DNA from: Gekko japonicus
Taxonomy: Eukaryota
Assembly: GCF_001447785.1 (NCBI RefSeq)
Contig: NW_015168654.1
Location: forward strand, 1,624,031-1,688,030
Direction of reading: 5' to 3'
DNA length: 64,000 bases
Shown here: piece after piece, positions 35,401-48,543 of the stretch
Layout: every line of letters begins with the position of its first letter
How positions within the stretch are numbered: the stretch's first letter is position 1
Made by a program: the position numbers and the translations under genes
Notes under the pieces: generated by a model
What the model was told of the DNA's origin: nothing
Databases searched by the model: none
What the model saw: only the letters and a program-made list of their open reading frames with translations

Positions 35401-38400
35401 TTTATCTTTCCAGCTTTTTACATTAATTCATTCATTTAAAACATTTCCAGGCCCTCTTTCCACTCGAACAAGGTCCCTGAGGTGGCAAACATAAAACATC
35501 AAAACCTTAGAACAATTAAAAACAGCCTTTAAAATGATAAAACAATTCAATAAAAACACCTAAACGCCACCATGGTGGTCAGCTTCTGGTATAAAGACTG
35601 TCTTGTCTGTTTTATGTCCCGGGGCTAGTTTTAATGGCTTGTTGTTTTTCATCTTGATAACTTACCATTTTAGCTGTAGGTCAACTCCAAGCAGGACTCT
35701 GATGATTTATGAAATCTCCTAAATAAATAAACCATTATTTCTGAGGTAATAGAGCAGGGCTGGTGACAGGAAATGGGGTCTACCCCAGTGTCACGTCAGA
35801 GGCCTGACAGGGCAATCCCGGGGCCAGCAGACATTCCTCCACATCAGAAACAGCATCTTTTCAGGGTGAAGCACAACTTCTGCTATAAACACAAGGGATT
35901 GCTCTTGTTATGTGGGCCCTTGCACGTACAGAGAGAGAGAGAGAGAGTGCATATAGACACACAGAGTACAAACAGATGAAGAGAGAGAAAAGCCACTTCC
36001 GGGGGGGGGGGGGGGAGACATTCCCTGCCTGCCTGGCTGTTCTGCTGACTCAGCTCCCCTTGCCTTCCCTCCTAACAGGAGGTTCATGTCACCTTCCTGC
36101 AGCAGCTGGGGAAAAGAAAGGGGAAGGAAAGGATGGTGGTGCAAAGAGAACGGGAGCGCAGAGGGGCTCCGAGGAGATGATGGGGACAGGCCTTCCTAGA
36201 GGACATCTGGGGGGGAAAGGAATAGCCGGGCTAGGGCCCAAAGGCCTGCAGGAGTCTATTAGCAAGTCCCGCTGGCCTGGCACTATCTCTGCCCACCGTT
36301 TGGCTTTTCAGCACCATCCTTCATTTAATGGGTCTCCTTGGGACTTCCAGTTGTTTTGTTTCCACAGCAAGTTGGGATCTGTGTCTAGATTATCTGGGTT
36401 CAAATCCCACCTTCTGTCATAAACTCATTGGGAAATCTCATGCAAAACACCTCTCTCTAACTCACTGTAAAATGGGAACAGTGGTGACAATATTGCTGTT
36501 CAACAAACTCTGCCATTTAAAAGTGCTCGGCTAGAGCAAAGGAGACCCACGGGAGAATAAACTCAATTATTCGGTCTCCCTCTGGTGACTGTCCTTATTG
36601 GAGGAAAACCCGGTCTGTTGGGGATTCTGCAGGACTACAGCACGGGTGGGGCTGGGATAATGGTTGACCACTGCCAAGCAAGTACTGGTCAATAACACCA
36701 GCCCACCCCAGGTAATGAGTCATCCCACAACTGGGGAACAGCATCAGCATGAGGGTCCACTTGAAAGCTTCCAGTGGTGGGTAGAGAATGGGCTGCTATT
36801 GTGTGGGCTTAGTGGAGAGTCACCTGCCTTGCATGCAGAAGGTCCCAAGTTCAGTTCCTGGTCTCTTCTATTAAAGGCCACAAGACTATAGAAAAGTGGT
36901 GGGGGGGGATCACTGCCTGGGGCCCTGGAGAGCCACCGTCCATCAGAGCAGAGGGCACTGGCCAAGGCAGAACAATAGTTGGATTTGGGATGAAGCGGCC
37001 TCCGGTGAAATGGTGCTGGACTTGGTTGACCCTTAATCTGGATCAGCAGGGCAGTACATATCTTCTTGCTGAGGAGTGTTAGAGGTACCAATGGCACGAG
37101 GTAGCTTGTCTTCCCATTAAGGGAGAGCTGTGCATGTCTGTCTGGCGGTATGTGGCCAAGCAGCCTCTTGAAGCTACCTGCCAAGTGGCAGCCTGCCAGG
37201 GTGGTGATTAGAAATAAAGTCCCTCCAGCCGCATCCCTGTAGCTCACTGCTGGTCCAGCCTGTGCAGACCTGGCTCTGTAGGCGGCCGCCACTCAGACAT
37301 TCATGGTAAGAAATGGCAAGAGAGACTCTGGACAGACACAAAGGAGGTCCCTGCAGTGACTGTTTTGCCCAGCAGCTGCAGGGTGTGGGTCACCCTTCCA
37401 TGAATTCTCCCTGTGGGCAGAGGGAGGGAGGGAGGGAGGCATCTGGGCCGCTTGTCCCAGGCATTCAGCCACAAGGGAGGAAGCACCTGAGGCACCACCC
37501 TGCGTGTGTACAGGGGTGAGGTCTGGCCGACACACTCCCTTCTGCTCACTGCCCTTTGCTCTCTACTTCCTTCCCCAGGTGGGGTCAGCCAGTGCTCAGG
37601 CTGAGAGATGGACAGCAGAATGGCACGGCAGAGGGACACAGGCCTTCTGCGAGGGCACAGGAACCTGGTGCAGGAAAGGGACTGCAAAACTGGTGTCTTG
37701 TTTCTCTCTGAAAGAGAAGTAGAAACCACCCTGGGCTGGTGAAAGCGGAGGGGAAAGTAGACAGGACTGCCCCCCCACACACACACAGCGAGTATAGCAA
37801 GACTGTCCTCCTCCCTGGTGGCTTTGTCCATTTAGCATGTCCAGCTGGTAAGACATATGCATACACAGCTGGGGCATTTCCTCTGACTGCAGAGCTCTCC
37901 TCCACTGCAGACATGCCAAAACCCAAGACTGCACTGCGAGACCTTTTCAACTGGGCTTTAGGATGAAGTCGGTTCCCACGTCCTTGTGCCTTATTCCCTC
38001 CTCCCAGTTCTCCATGCATTTCAGAGGTATAGAGGCAGTCTTACTAAGGAACAGGGATTGAACAGTTCTGCGCCCCAAAGTAAGTTTAGATCCATGTGCA
38101 TTCACATGCCTTATACTGAGTCAGACCATTTTTATGGTGTTTACTTATGTGCTTTATAACCTATCTTTCTCCCTGAGACTCAAGGCAGATTGCAGGGTAT
38201 GAAATGATGCAATCCGACACCACAAGACGAACAACAAACAATGCAATAGCTCTAGGGTTACAAATGTGAGCCACAATTCATCTAAGGCAAGGTATACTAT
38301 AAATGTTGTAGAAGGTGGGATTGCAAAGGTGGAAGACAGTGCCATCGCAGCAAGGTGATCCCTACAATACAACACTACATATCTACTCTGCTATAGATCA

Positions 38401-40027
38401 CTGGTCTATCAAGGTCAGCATTGTCCACTCAGATTGGCAGCAGCCTTCCAGGACCTCAGGCAGAGGTCTTTCATGGATCCCACTGCAGGATCCTTTTAAC
38501 TGGATATGCCAGGGATCCAACCTGGGACCTTCTCCATGCCAAGCAAATGGTCTACCACTGAGCCATAGGCACTCCCCCCCAATGACCCTGCATCCAGAGA
38601 ACTGTGTCTTAACGATGATGTGCCCTTGCACTGATTGGCCACAAAGTAGACTGTATCAGGGAAGCAGTAGGGGCGCATGACCATGCCCCCCAGCTGGAAG
38701 ATGTCAAAATGGAGCACTAAGTACCTTCTTTCCGTCTCTCTTCCTGCAACACCCATGTGCAGGTGGTCTAGCCAGCCAGTTTCTTCGCATCACTTACCTC
38801 CTCGACCAGTCCTGTCTGGTTCCACCCTGGACTTCGGGGGCGGGGGGTGGTCATGGACATCAGCAAGACAAAAAGGCTAATGGAACTTTAAGCATTCCTA
38901 CATACAGAAGTGGAGCACAGCAGGAAAGGATGTTATGTCACTGTAAGATGGACAGGGTTGCCAACTCCGGGTTGGGAAATTCCTAGAGATTTTGGGGTGG
39001 AGCCTGAGGAGCGTGGGTTTTGGGGAGGGAAGGGACTTCAATGGGGTATAATGTCATAAAGTCCACCTTCTAACACAGCTATTTTCTCCAGGTGAACTGC
39101 TCTCTGCAGCCACCACCTGGAGGTTGGAGACCCTAAATATGGGGCTGGGTGGAAGAGCCAAGCCCCTGGTCACTATGGGGGCAAGTGGGCGGGGGACAGA
39201 ATTTCAACCAGCACACCCCAGCCTGTCAATGTCAGGGCTCACCCTGGGGATGTATGGATGGGTAATTAAACTAATTGTTATGAATATAGGTTATAGATCT
39301 ACTTGGGCGTTTTTCAGAGTAACATATGCAAAAGCAGAGCTTACAATTTTAAATATAGACTTGGGAGATGAAAGGACAATAGAGGGAGGGGTATAACGGG
39401 GGCGGTAAAGGCAACATGGGGTTGATGTCAGCGAAGGCAATTCCGTAGAGCTCGGGGAAGAGAAAGAGGCACTGTCATGCGGGTGTTCTGAGTGCACATC
39501 AGGCACCGGGTAGATCGAGGAGTGGAGTCATTCAAGTGAGCAGGAGCCCTTTGAGTGGCTGCGAGTGCCTCTGAACATGTGTGGAGTGCTGTTTCCTTCC
39601 TTAAGAGAGTCCACCATAACCAGCCCTAGGGAGGGCCCAGCCCAACAGGCCGTTCGCTAAGGACAGCAGAATCGCTGGAAACCTCTCAAGAGGGAACATC
39701 ATTCTCCCCTTTGCAGCCCTGCAGTCTTGGATTGAGGTCTGGAGGCCCTCTTTCCCCCTCCTCAGTCTTCCTAATTGCAACCCTGTTTCTTTGTTCCATG
39801 CAAGATGTTCCAAGATCTTTGTTCCAAGATGAGAGAGGGGATTAATTTTCACTGAAGGCAGCGAAATAACTTGAACCAGCCTTGATCAGAACTCGCTCAT
39901 CATGGCTTTCTCTTGTTCCCATGCAGGCTGGAGGCATCGTGTGGTGCCAAATTAGGATCAGGACCACAGCCGCCCTTCCTGTGCCAGTTCCCAAGCCTGA
40001 AACAGTATTGGGGGGGGGGTGCTATCT

Positions 40028-40382
40028 GGGGGAACCGCAATGGCTCAGAGGTTAAGACGCTGAGCTGCAGACCGGAAGGTCTGTAGTTCAGCAGTTCAAG
40101 ACCTGAGTGCCATGTGACGGAGCGAGCTCCCGTCTCCAGCCCCAGCTCCTGCCAACCTAGCAGTTCGAAAGCAACAGATTGCAAGTAGATAAATAGGTAC
40201 CGCTTCAGTGGGAAGGTAACAGCGTTCTGTGCACCTCAGAGTTTAGTCATGCCAGCCACATGACCACAGAAATGTCTTCAGACAGTGCCGGCTCTTCGGC
40301 TTGTAAATGGAGAGGAGCACTGCCCCCTAGAGTTGGATTTGACTAGCTTTCACGCAAGGGAAACCTTTACCATTTCCCTTTA
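40028..40382 (+). mobile_element. Sauria SINE, full length
   Basis: tRNA-like head, same body as 3118-3372, acctttacc tail. Confidence 0.88.
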
Positions 40383-43300
40383 CGTGTTCCCTAGGATACT
40401 CATAGATTCCCAAGAGGCCCAGTAGCAACCCCTCCCCAGCATTGTTTCAGGCTAGAAAATAGGTGCTGGGGGAAGCCTGATGTCTAGTGTTGCCAACCTC
40501 CAGGTGGGGACTGGAGATGTTCTAGGATTACAGCTGAACTCTAGATGAAAGAGATCAGTTCCCCTGGAGAAAATGGCTACTTTGGAGGGTGAACTCTGTG
40601 CCATTATATCCTGCCAAGGCCCCACCCCCCTTTCCAAACCCCAACTTCCCCAAGCTTCACCCCCCCCAGGTCCCCAGGTACCTACCAAGTGGGAGCTGGC
40701 AACCGTACTGAAGGCCCTTCTCTCCGTGCCCTGTGGTCCTGATCCCAACCGGGTGCCACGCTTGAAGTAATGAAGGAAAACCAACAACGTGTGACTGCAC
40801 TGATGCACTCAACTCGCCTACTCTGTAATGTGAAAAAATAATACACAGTGGACGACTTGGTCAGCTTCTTTGTTGGCTGGACCCACAGCCAGCTTAGAAG
40901 GCTAAATGTGAACCACCCGAAGCACCTGCCAGGGACTTTCCAGAACGGGACTGGCCCTCCCCACATACTTTGCCAAATGTGTAGGGCCGATACAATATCT
41001 TTTCAAAAGACCTGTGTGAGGACGTTTTTTGAGGCAAAACTGTAGTTATTACAGTGACATGTGCATTTGGGGGGGGGTTGGTACCCCCACTGGTGCCAGT
41101 GAGCAACGGGAGGATGAAGGGCCCGTGATCCATTTAAATCTAGCTCGGTGCGGCTCAGTTCTGAATCCCAGAGGTCCGTAAGGATTTCACTGCCATTCCA
41201 ATTACTTCATAGTGCCTTGAAACGGCAGGCGCCCCCTAGAGGACAAAGCTTCCTCTCTGCCCAAATCTCCGGCCTGTCAGGCTCGGCAGAGACAGGTCAG
41301 GCCCCTCTCAGGGGTTCTGCCAGGAAAGTGCCATTGGGCTGAATTGTTGTGGGGAGTGGCTGCCCCCCCCCCATTCCTCTCCCCCCCCCAACCACTGTCC
41401 AGATGCTTTTGCCATAAAAGGGAAAGTGCCTTCAGCTGGGAAGGAGCTGCCAGACTCAGAGCTAAAGGGAGCCAGTCCGGGCGTGGGGGCTCATGAGGGG
41501 AAGTAACAGTAGCGCCTGTTTTGCAAGAAAAGGGGAGGGGGGAGACAACACCCACATCACCAGGGAACAAACTACAGAAACAGAGAAGGGGGGGGGGAAC
41601 CTAATGGCCAGTCCAAAATAGCCACACAACCCAGCTCTCAGTATCCTCAGTTCACAACCCGACCCACATACACGCATACACACAAGAACCAAGAGGAGAT
41701 CCGGGATCCCGAAGGAGGGGCAAAGACCAGCCCCAAATAGGAGCACTTCTGTTCTGCCCCAGAAATCTGCCCAGGGCTCAGAGCCGTGGGAAGCCCCAAC
41801 CCCAGCCTTGTGTAAGGGGACAGGAGATAGTCTTCTGGGGTCTTCTCTTCACCCAACTACCCCCTTCCTTTCGGAGATCACTAAGAGACATTGCAGGGAA
41901 CTCTTGGCCCAACAGTGGACAGAACCTGGAACTGGCCTGACATTCCTCCCCCTCCCACCCCCACATTTATCAGTTGACTTAAATTTCTGAACACATGTGC
42001 ACGGGAGACTAGACTGGCACCTATGCAAAATAAAGGATTTACTACTCATTAGAGGCTGCCTTCTACGGAGTCAGTCCATCGGTTCTCCTGGCTCAGTCTC
42101 CTCTGACCCACAATGGCTCAATCAGAGAAGACTCAACATCTGCGGAATGCAGGATCCTGCCTTATCAGTATAATAATTGAGACAGATCATTGGTCTAATG
42201 AGTCAGATCATTAGTCCTTCCAAAGTTAGGATTGTCTGCTCTGGCTGGCAGCCCTTCTCCAGGGTGAGGTCTTTCAAATTACCTACTACCTGAGCCTTTT
42301 AAGCAGAGCTGCTGGGGAGGTCTGCATGCAGAGCAGATGCTCTGCCATTGCATTGCTGGAGGGCCTTTGTTCAGAGGCCTCACGCACGTAACACCCCGCA
42401 TCTTCTGTTGCACTAATGAAGTCCTGCTGACTGGCAGTAAAGGAATAAAATCAGAGTGTTATCTTCAGGTGAATCTGGACACATTTTGTGGAGTGAGGGG
42501 AAAAGGAGTTTTCTGCAGTTGGGGGATATTGGGTTAATAAGTAGCTTGGTTTCCTTAAAAATAAACAGATGATAGAGGAAATGGTGGTGGGGGGGAAAGA
42601 AATAGAAAATAAAGACAAAAATGGTTTCCGTTCAAGCTTCATGCCATTAAACTAAAAGTGTATTATGGTAGCAATTACTTGACTAGTCAAAGGCATTTAA
42701 TGAATCATAACAGAATTCTACGTAGGTATATAAATGACATAACAGCACAAATCCAGAAAAGGTTACACCATCGGTAAAATGTGAGAGGAGGCACCATGCA
42801 AAACCACATTTAAAAAATGCCCTTTATTTCCAAAACAGGTGGATGAATGTCAGCGCAGACATTTGGGCTGATAAAATGTTCTAAGGCTTAAGTGTGGGGA
42901 TCAGAAATCAGCTTCCAGTTATACTTTTGAGGGGGGAGAATAAGAGGGAATTTCACAGAACAAGATTAAGCAAGACTACTCAAAAGCAAGTCCCACTGTG
43001 TTCCGTATGACTCCCACCCCCACCCCGAAAGTGTGTTTACGGTTGAAGACTTAAGCAGAGTTTAAGCAAGACACATCACTGCTGTAGGCTTGCCAACTCT
43101 GGGTTCAGAAATTCCTGGAGATTCAGTGGTGAAGCCTGGGGAGGTTGGGGTTTGGGGAGGGGCTGAACCTTGGATTGTTCCCTCTAAGCTGAGTTAGCGT
43201 GAGCTAGCTCAGCTTTCTAGCCTCCAGCTCACAGATTTTTGTCTTTGCTCAGGAAGGAGGGCTCCAGAGCAAACTAATTTATGCAGCGGCCAAATCGCTC

Positions 43301-44226
43301 ACTCACAACCTTAATGCCAGGATCTCACGAAGTAGGATTTCTGCTCACAAGACTCCACAGCTTAGAGATCATATAGAACCTCAGCGGGGTCTATAGCCAT
43401 AGAGTCACAAAACCATAGAATCACAGAGTTGGAAGGGGCCATACAGGCCATTTAGTCCAACCCCCTGCTCAGTGCAGGATAAGCATACAGCATCCCTGAC
43501 AAGTGTTTGTCCAGCCTCTGCTATGATGGAAGCGGAGAGAAGAGGGCAAAGCTCTTCCGTCAGTCCACCCTACAAAGTGGCCATTTCCTCAAGGGAAACT
43601 GATGTCTGCTCTCTGGCGATCAGTAGTAATTCCGGGAGATCTCCAGGCACCACCTGGGGAGTCTTGCCCAAAGTAAAATGTGGGTAAAGTCCCGCCCTCT
43701 ACATATTTCGTGCGGTTGAGGGGGGGGGCAAACTGTACCAGTTTATCCTGTAGTGAAGGAGGCAATTTAGAATAATTCCTGGAGCAATCCCCCCTCCTCC
43801 CACCATGTACTGCCCTGGAGATAAATGCCCCGGATTCCCCGCACCGGCCCAACAGGCTGATCGGTCCTGCGTTCGTCCCCTCCCTTTCTCTCTCCGACTC
43901 TACCAAGAGAAACCGTCCGCCCCGCCCCACCTGCAGCATTTGTCGGCCCCAAAACAAGTTCTTTGGCGCAGCCAAAAATAGCAACAGAGAAGGAGAGAGG
44001 GAGAGAGAGATCCCAGGGCTGCGCTTCAGTCTCCGAGCGGGTCTACCTGGCAGGCTGCCCTCCTTCCCGACTGGAGCACGTGTGTGGCGGTGACGGAGGA
44101 ATTCTGTTTCTGTAGATGGGCCCTGCCTGCAGGAAAGGGACGGGCCGACGGGGAGCGGAGAGAAGGCGGCAAAGCTCCTCCGTCAGTCCCCGGTTGCAAC
44201 TTGAGATGCTGTTCTCTCCCCCCCCC

Positions 44227-44373
44227 NNNNNNNNNNNNNNNNNNNNNNNNNNNNNNNNNNNNNNNNNNNNNNNNNNNNNNNNNNNNNNNNNNNNNNNNNN
44301 NNNNNNNNNNNNNNNNNNNNNNNNNNNNNNNNNNNNNNNNNNNNNNNNNNNNNNNNNNNNNNNNNNNNNNNNN
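44227..44373. other. Assembly gap flanked by poly-C
   Basis: 147 N. Confidence 0.99.
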
Positions 44374-45319
44374 CCCCCCGCACAAGGCCTGGCTCTGTCA
44401 AGAGACACCAGACAAAATGCAGACCCAGCCGCTGCAACAAGAGCCCAGGCTGGGAAGGATGGGGGAAAGAGGCGGCCTCTGGGAGCGTCCACAGCCTAGT
44501 CTGAAAGGCAGCCTGCAGGACACCAGAGGCCTCCCACCATCCCGCCACTGCACAAGCCTAAGAAGAAAGGCCTGTATAACCCGCCTTGCTGCAATGGTGA
44601 GGCCTAACCTAGTTCTGGGTGGTGGACATTCTCTCCCCACCCTCAACAGTGTCCAACCACTTGCCTCTGGGAACCTCACAAAGGTGGCGGTACTCCCACC
44701 TTGGTGTGTACACCTGATATTCAGAGGTACGCATGGAAGCTCTGTTTTGACTATGAGGGCCTTCAGCTGCCTTCTGTAAGTTGTCCATTCACACATGTTC
44801 AGTCAGCAGACCTGCTCTGGGAGTTCGGTGCTCAGAACTTAATTCCCAAGCACATGAAGGGCCCAGTTTGGATTGAAACCGTGGCATAGAAAGAATGGAA
44901 GCATAAACCTTCTCCCTCACACAATTTTTCCAGAACGGAAACTGTTCTGGGGAGCTGCAATTTGCCCTGTTGAAGAGAATTTACACAAAACACACAACCA
45001 ATCAGTGCATTCACGCTTCCCCAACAAGGTAAATAGCAGCTAACCTAGACCATTTTACATTGGGAAAATAGTGCTGGTCTTAATTTAAACCCCCTTTGCT
45101 CACACAGCACAGTCCCAATACAAATCAGATGACCACCACCTTGGGAATTAAGCCTGGGCAACAGGAGCAGATGGGGGAGACCATGAAGGCTTTGTACCAT
45201 GTGAATTGTCCCTAATTGTTTTATAAAGTCATCCCAGCTGGAGGCCATTACCATCTGTTTTCCCTTTAAGAGATTCCTTCTCAAGTAAAAACCACACCAT
45301 TGCTCAACCTGGACCAACG

Positions 45320-45537
45320 AGGAGAAGAGGAGGTTTTTATATCTCACTTTTTTCTACCCTACAGTCACCTTCCTTTCCCCACAACAGGTACGTTGTGAGA
45401 TAGGTGGGGCTGAGAGAGTTCTGAGAGAGAGAACTGTGACTGGCCCAAGGTTACCCAGCAGGCTTCATGTGGAAGAGTGGGGAATCACACCTAGTTCTCC
45501 AGATCAGAGTCTGCCAGTCTTAACCACTACACCATGC
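45320..45537 (-). mobile_element. Squam3-like SINE
   Basis: Reverse complement of the family, more diverged. Confidence 0.75.
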
Positions 45538-48337
45538 TAAAGATGCAATCATTAGCTGATACACCCCTTGCCTCATACACAATTAAAATCTGAGAGCCAG
45601 TATGGTGTGGCGACATGATTAGTGTCAGACTGCAGTCCAGGAGACCTGAGTTCAAATCCCCGCTCTGCTGTGGAGCTTGCTAGATGATGTTGGGCCAGCC
45701 ACACATTCTCAGCTTAACCGACTTCACAGAGTTGTTATGAGGATAAAATGTAGGAGAGGACAATGACATTATACAGCTTTAGGTCTCCGTTGGGGAGAAA
45801 GGCAGGATATAAATGGGTACAAGGGAAAGCTATGGTGTTGGAATTTACAGCTCTCAGGTAACATCCCACCCCTTAAGGGGATGGAGCATCAAAACTGGGG
45901 AAACATTGTGCTCTTGTCACAGCTGGCCTGAACAGATATATAGTAAAAACTGATAACTTCCAGGTACTCCGCTGAAGGCCTGGCTGCCGATATTTACACT
46001 AGGCCTGGCCAATCCCAACACTTCATACTGCCTGCCAATAGCTGGAGCTGATGTGAAATTTGAGAGGATGGCCCTGTCTGGGTAACCATCTGGTCCATCA
46101 AAGTAGCCACTTGAAATACAAGGAAAAAAATCAGGACATGTTCACTGTCTGAGAATGGCACATCCCACAGAACTACAGCACTTGTTTCCACCACACAGAA
46201 TGTGATCTCCCCCACCCCACCCTGCCATGACAGTGGAGGAAGCAGCCGTGGGGGAAAGGTACCTTCTTTTCTTCTACATGAAAATAATTTATCTTTGTCT
46301 TGCTCTTTCTCCAAGTTGTTACAGGTGGTATCCATGGTTCTTCCTTCTAGCATTTTGTCCTCCCGACAACCCTGTGAGGTAGGTTAGGCTCAGAAAGAGT
46401 GAGTAGCCCAAATTGAGCTGTGAGCTTCATTGCAAGGTAGAGGCTGGGACTCTGGCTTCCCCATGTGTGTAGTCTGATGCTCTAACGGCTACACCACTTT
46501 GGCTCTGGATTTTGGCTCATCCAGATTGTCCAGAGCCAGTCTGCTGTCCTGTGGTGCTCTTGGCTGGATGCCAACCAGATATTTTGCCTGCTTGCCATTT
46601 TGCGCTCGATGGGCTTTTTATAATGGGTGCCATCTTTAAATGAGACACTCAGTGGTCAGTGCCTAGCTACTGTCTCCCTTTACTGGGAATGACTAGTACC
46701 CGCGGACTAGAGTGTCATACTAGGATTCAGGAGACCTGGGTTCAGATCCCCACTGCCACAAAGCTCTCCGGTTGACGGGCGTAACCCATATCACGAGATT
46801 GTATTGAGGCGAGAACTATGTACGACTGGCCTGAGCAACTTGGAGGAAGGACACACACACAAAAATTCCTCTCATTCCCCGCATCCACTCATACCTGGAG
46901 CAATGCAGTGTGTGTATGTGGATGGGTCTTTTGAGGTAGAGATCATGTGGCCCCAGAGCTTGGTAGGGGAGGAGGGAGAAAATGTGCATATTTTATTGAT
47001 CGTTTGCATATTTTGTTGCAGTCCAGGCTGAATTTCTGGTGGGTTATTTTACCTTAAAAGGAAAGTGAATACTGGGTATGTTAACACTCTGCCCCAAAGC
47101 AAGGCTCCTTTAAAACTGCCTAGGCTAAGTGGTCTCCCTCCCACACACACTCCTTTTTTCTTCCCTTCCTTTCCCTTCACTGCAGCGGTCTTATGGCGCC
47201 CCTGATAGCCTCATGCTGGCTGCCTGTTTGATTACATCATTCTTCTTTACCCTATGACATCACCACTCCTGTAGCAGTAAGTGAGATGTAAGTGATGTCA
47301 CCAGCAATGGAAGGCATTAGGGATTCCATCTCCCTGCCCCTCCCCATATGCTGATCAGACGAAGCCCTTCACCCCCTTCAGTCCGCTCTCTGGTGCCACG
47401 GTGGTGGTGGGGGGTGCCACTAGGGGAAGCAGAGGGCAGTATGTGATTGGAGGCTTTATTACCTCTAGGGCTTGCAAGGTCCTTGAAGGGGGTCAGTCTG
47501 TTTTCTGTCTGCACCCAGAAGGTGCAGTCCTACACTATGGAAGTCCCGAGTATAGGATCCTTGGGACAAAACTTGGGGGTGGTTGGGGCGGATGTCACAC
47601 AACGTGCTCTTTTCTGGCAGGGCAAAGGTGAGGTTTCCTCATGGAGGGAAGAATTGTCTGATGCAAGATGGCTTGTGCTGAGTTTATAGGGCACAAAGCA
47701 AAGGGCTTTAATCCAAGCAAGAGGTCAACACTGTGCCCTTCCAGACACCGTCCCCACAGGATTCCACCCATGCCAAGCTACTATATATGTCCCCTTGTCC
47801 CCTCTCCACCCGCCAGCCCCTCTGTCCTCCCTGAGAACCCTGAACTTTTTCTCCCCCTTCCCCCCTGTAGCATCATGCAAACAATAAACTCATGGCTGGG
47901 AGCCCAGAGTTATAATATGTAGAGGGAGATCCTGGAGTTGCAGGCATCATGTAAAGCGTGTGACATGGGGGTCTTGCAAAGGACACTGTGCAGGGCGGAA
48001 GGGGTGGGGGGAGAGAAACTTAAAGCTCCATTTCTGGCTGCAATGCAAGAAGAGTGTTACGGGTGGAGGGGGTCTCTACATCCTTGGACTGAAGCAGCAT
48101 AACTGGATAACTGGGGGCTAAGCATAGTCTATACCACTAGGAAGGAACTGTGAGCCACTTCTTTCAGTTTTGTTGTTGTTAGCCATTCAGTCCTGTCTGA
48201 CTTCTTTCAATAGCAAGGGTCAAAGGATGATAAATTGTGTCTTTTGGCATAGTCAGAATGCATTTCCTTCATCTTGTCTCCTTTTAGGTGTTTACACATG
48301 ACACATGAAGCTGTCTTGTATTGAATTAGGCCATCAG

Positions 48338-48543
48338 CAGTGTTCCCTCTAAGTTGAGTTAATGGGAGCTAGCTCACAGTTTTTTCGCCTCCGGCTCACA
48401 CATTTTTGTCTTAGCTCAGGAAGGATGGCTCCAGAGCAAACTAATTTATGCAGCAGCCAAGTCGCTCGCTCACAACTTTAATGCCAGTAGCTCACAAAGT
48501 AGAATTTTTGCTCACAGGACTCCACAGTTTAGAGGGTGCATTG
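48338..48543 (+). mobile_element. hAT-type MITE, family A
   Basis: TIRs plus perfect 8-bp TSD GCCATCAG; inserted in a SINE. Confidence 0.9.
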
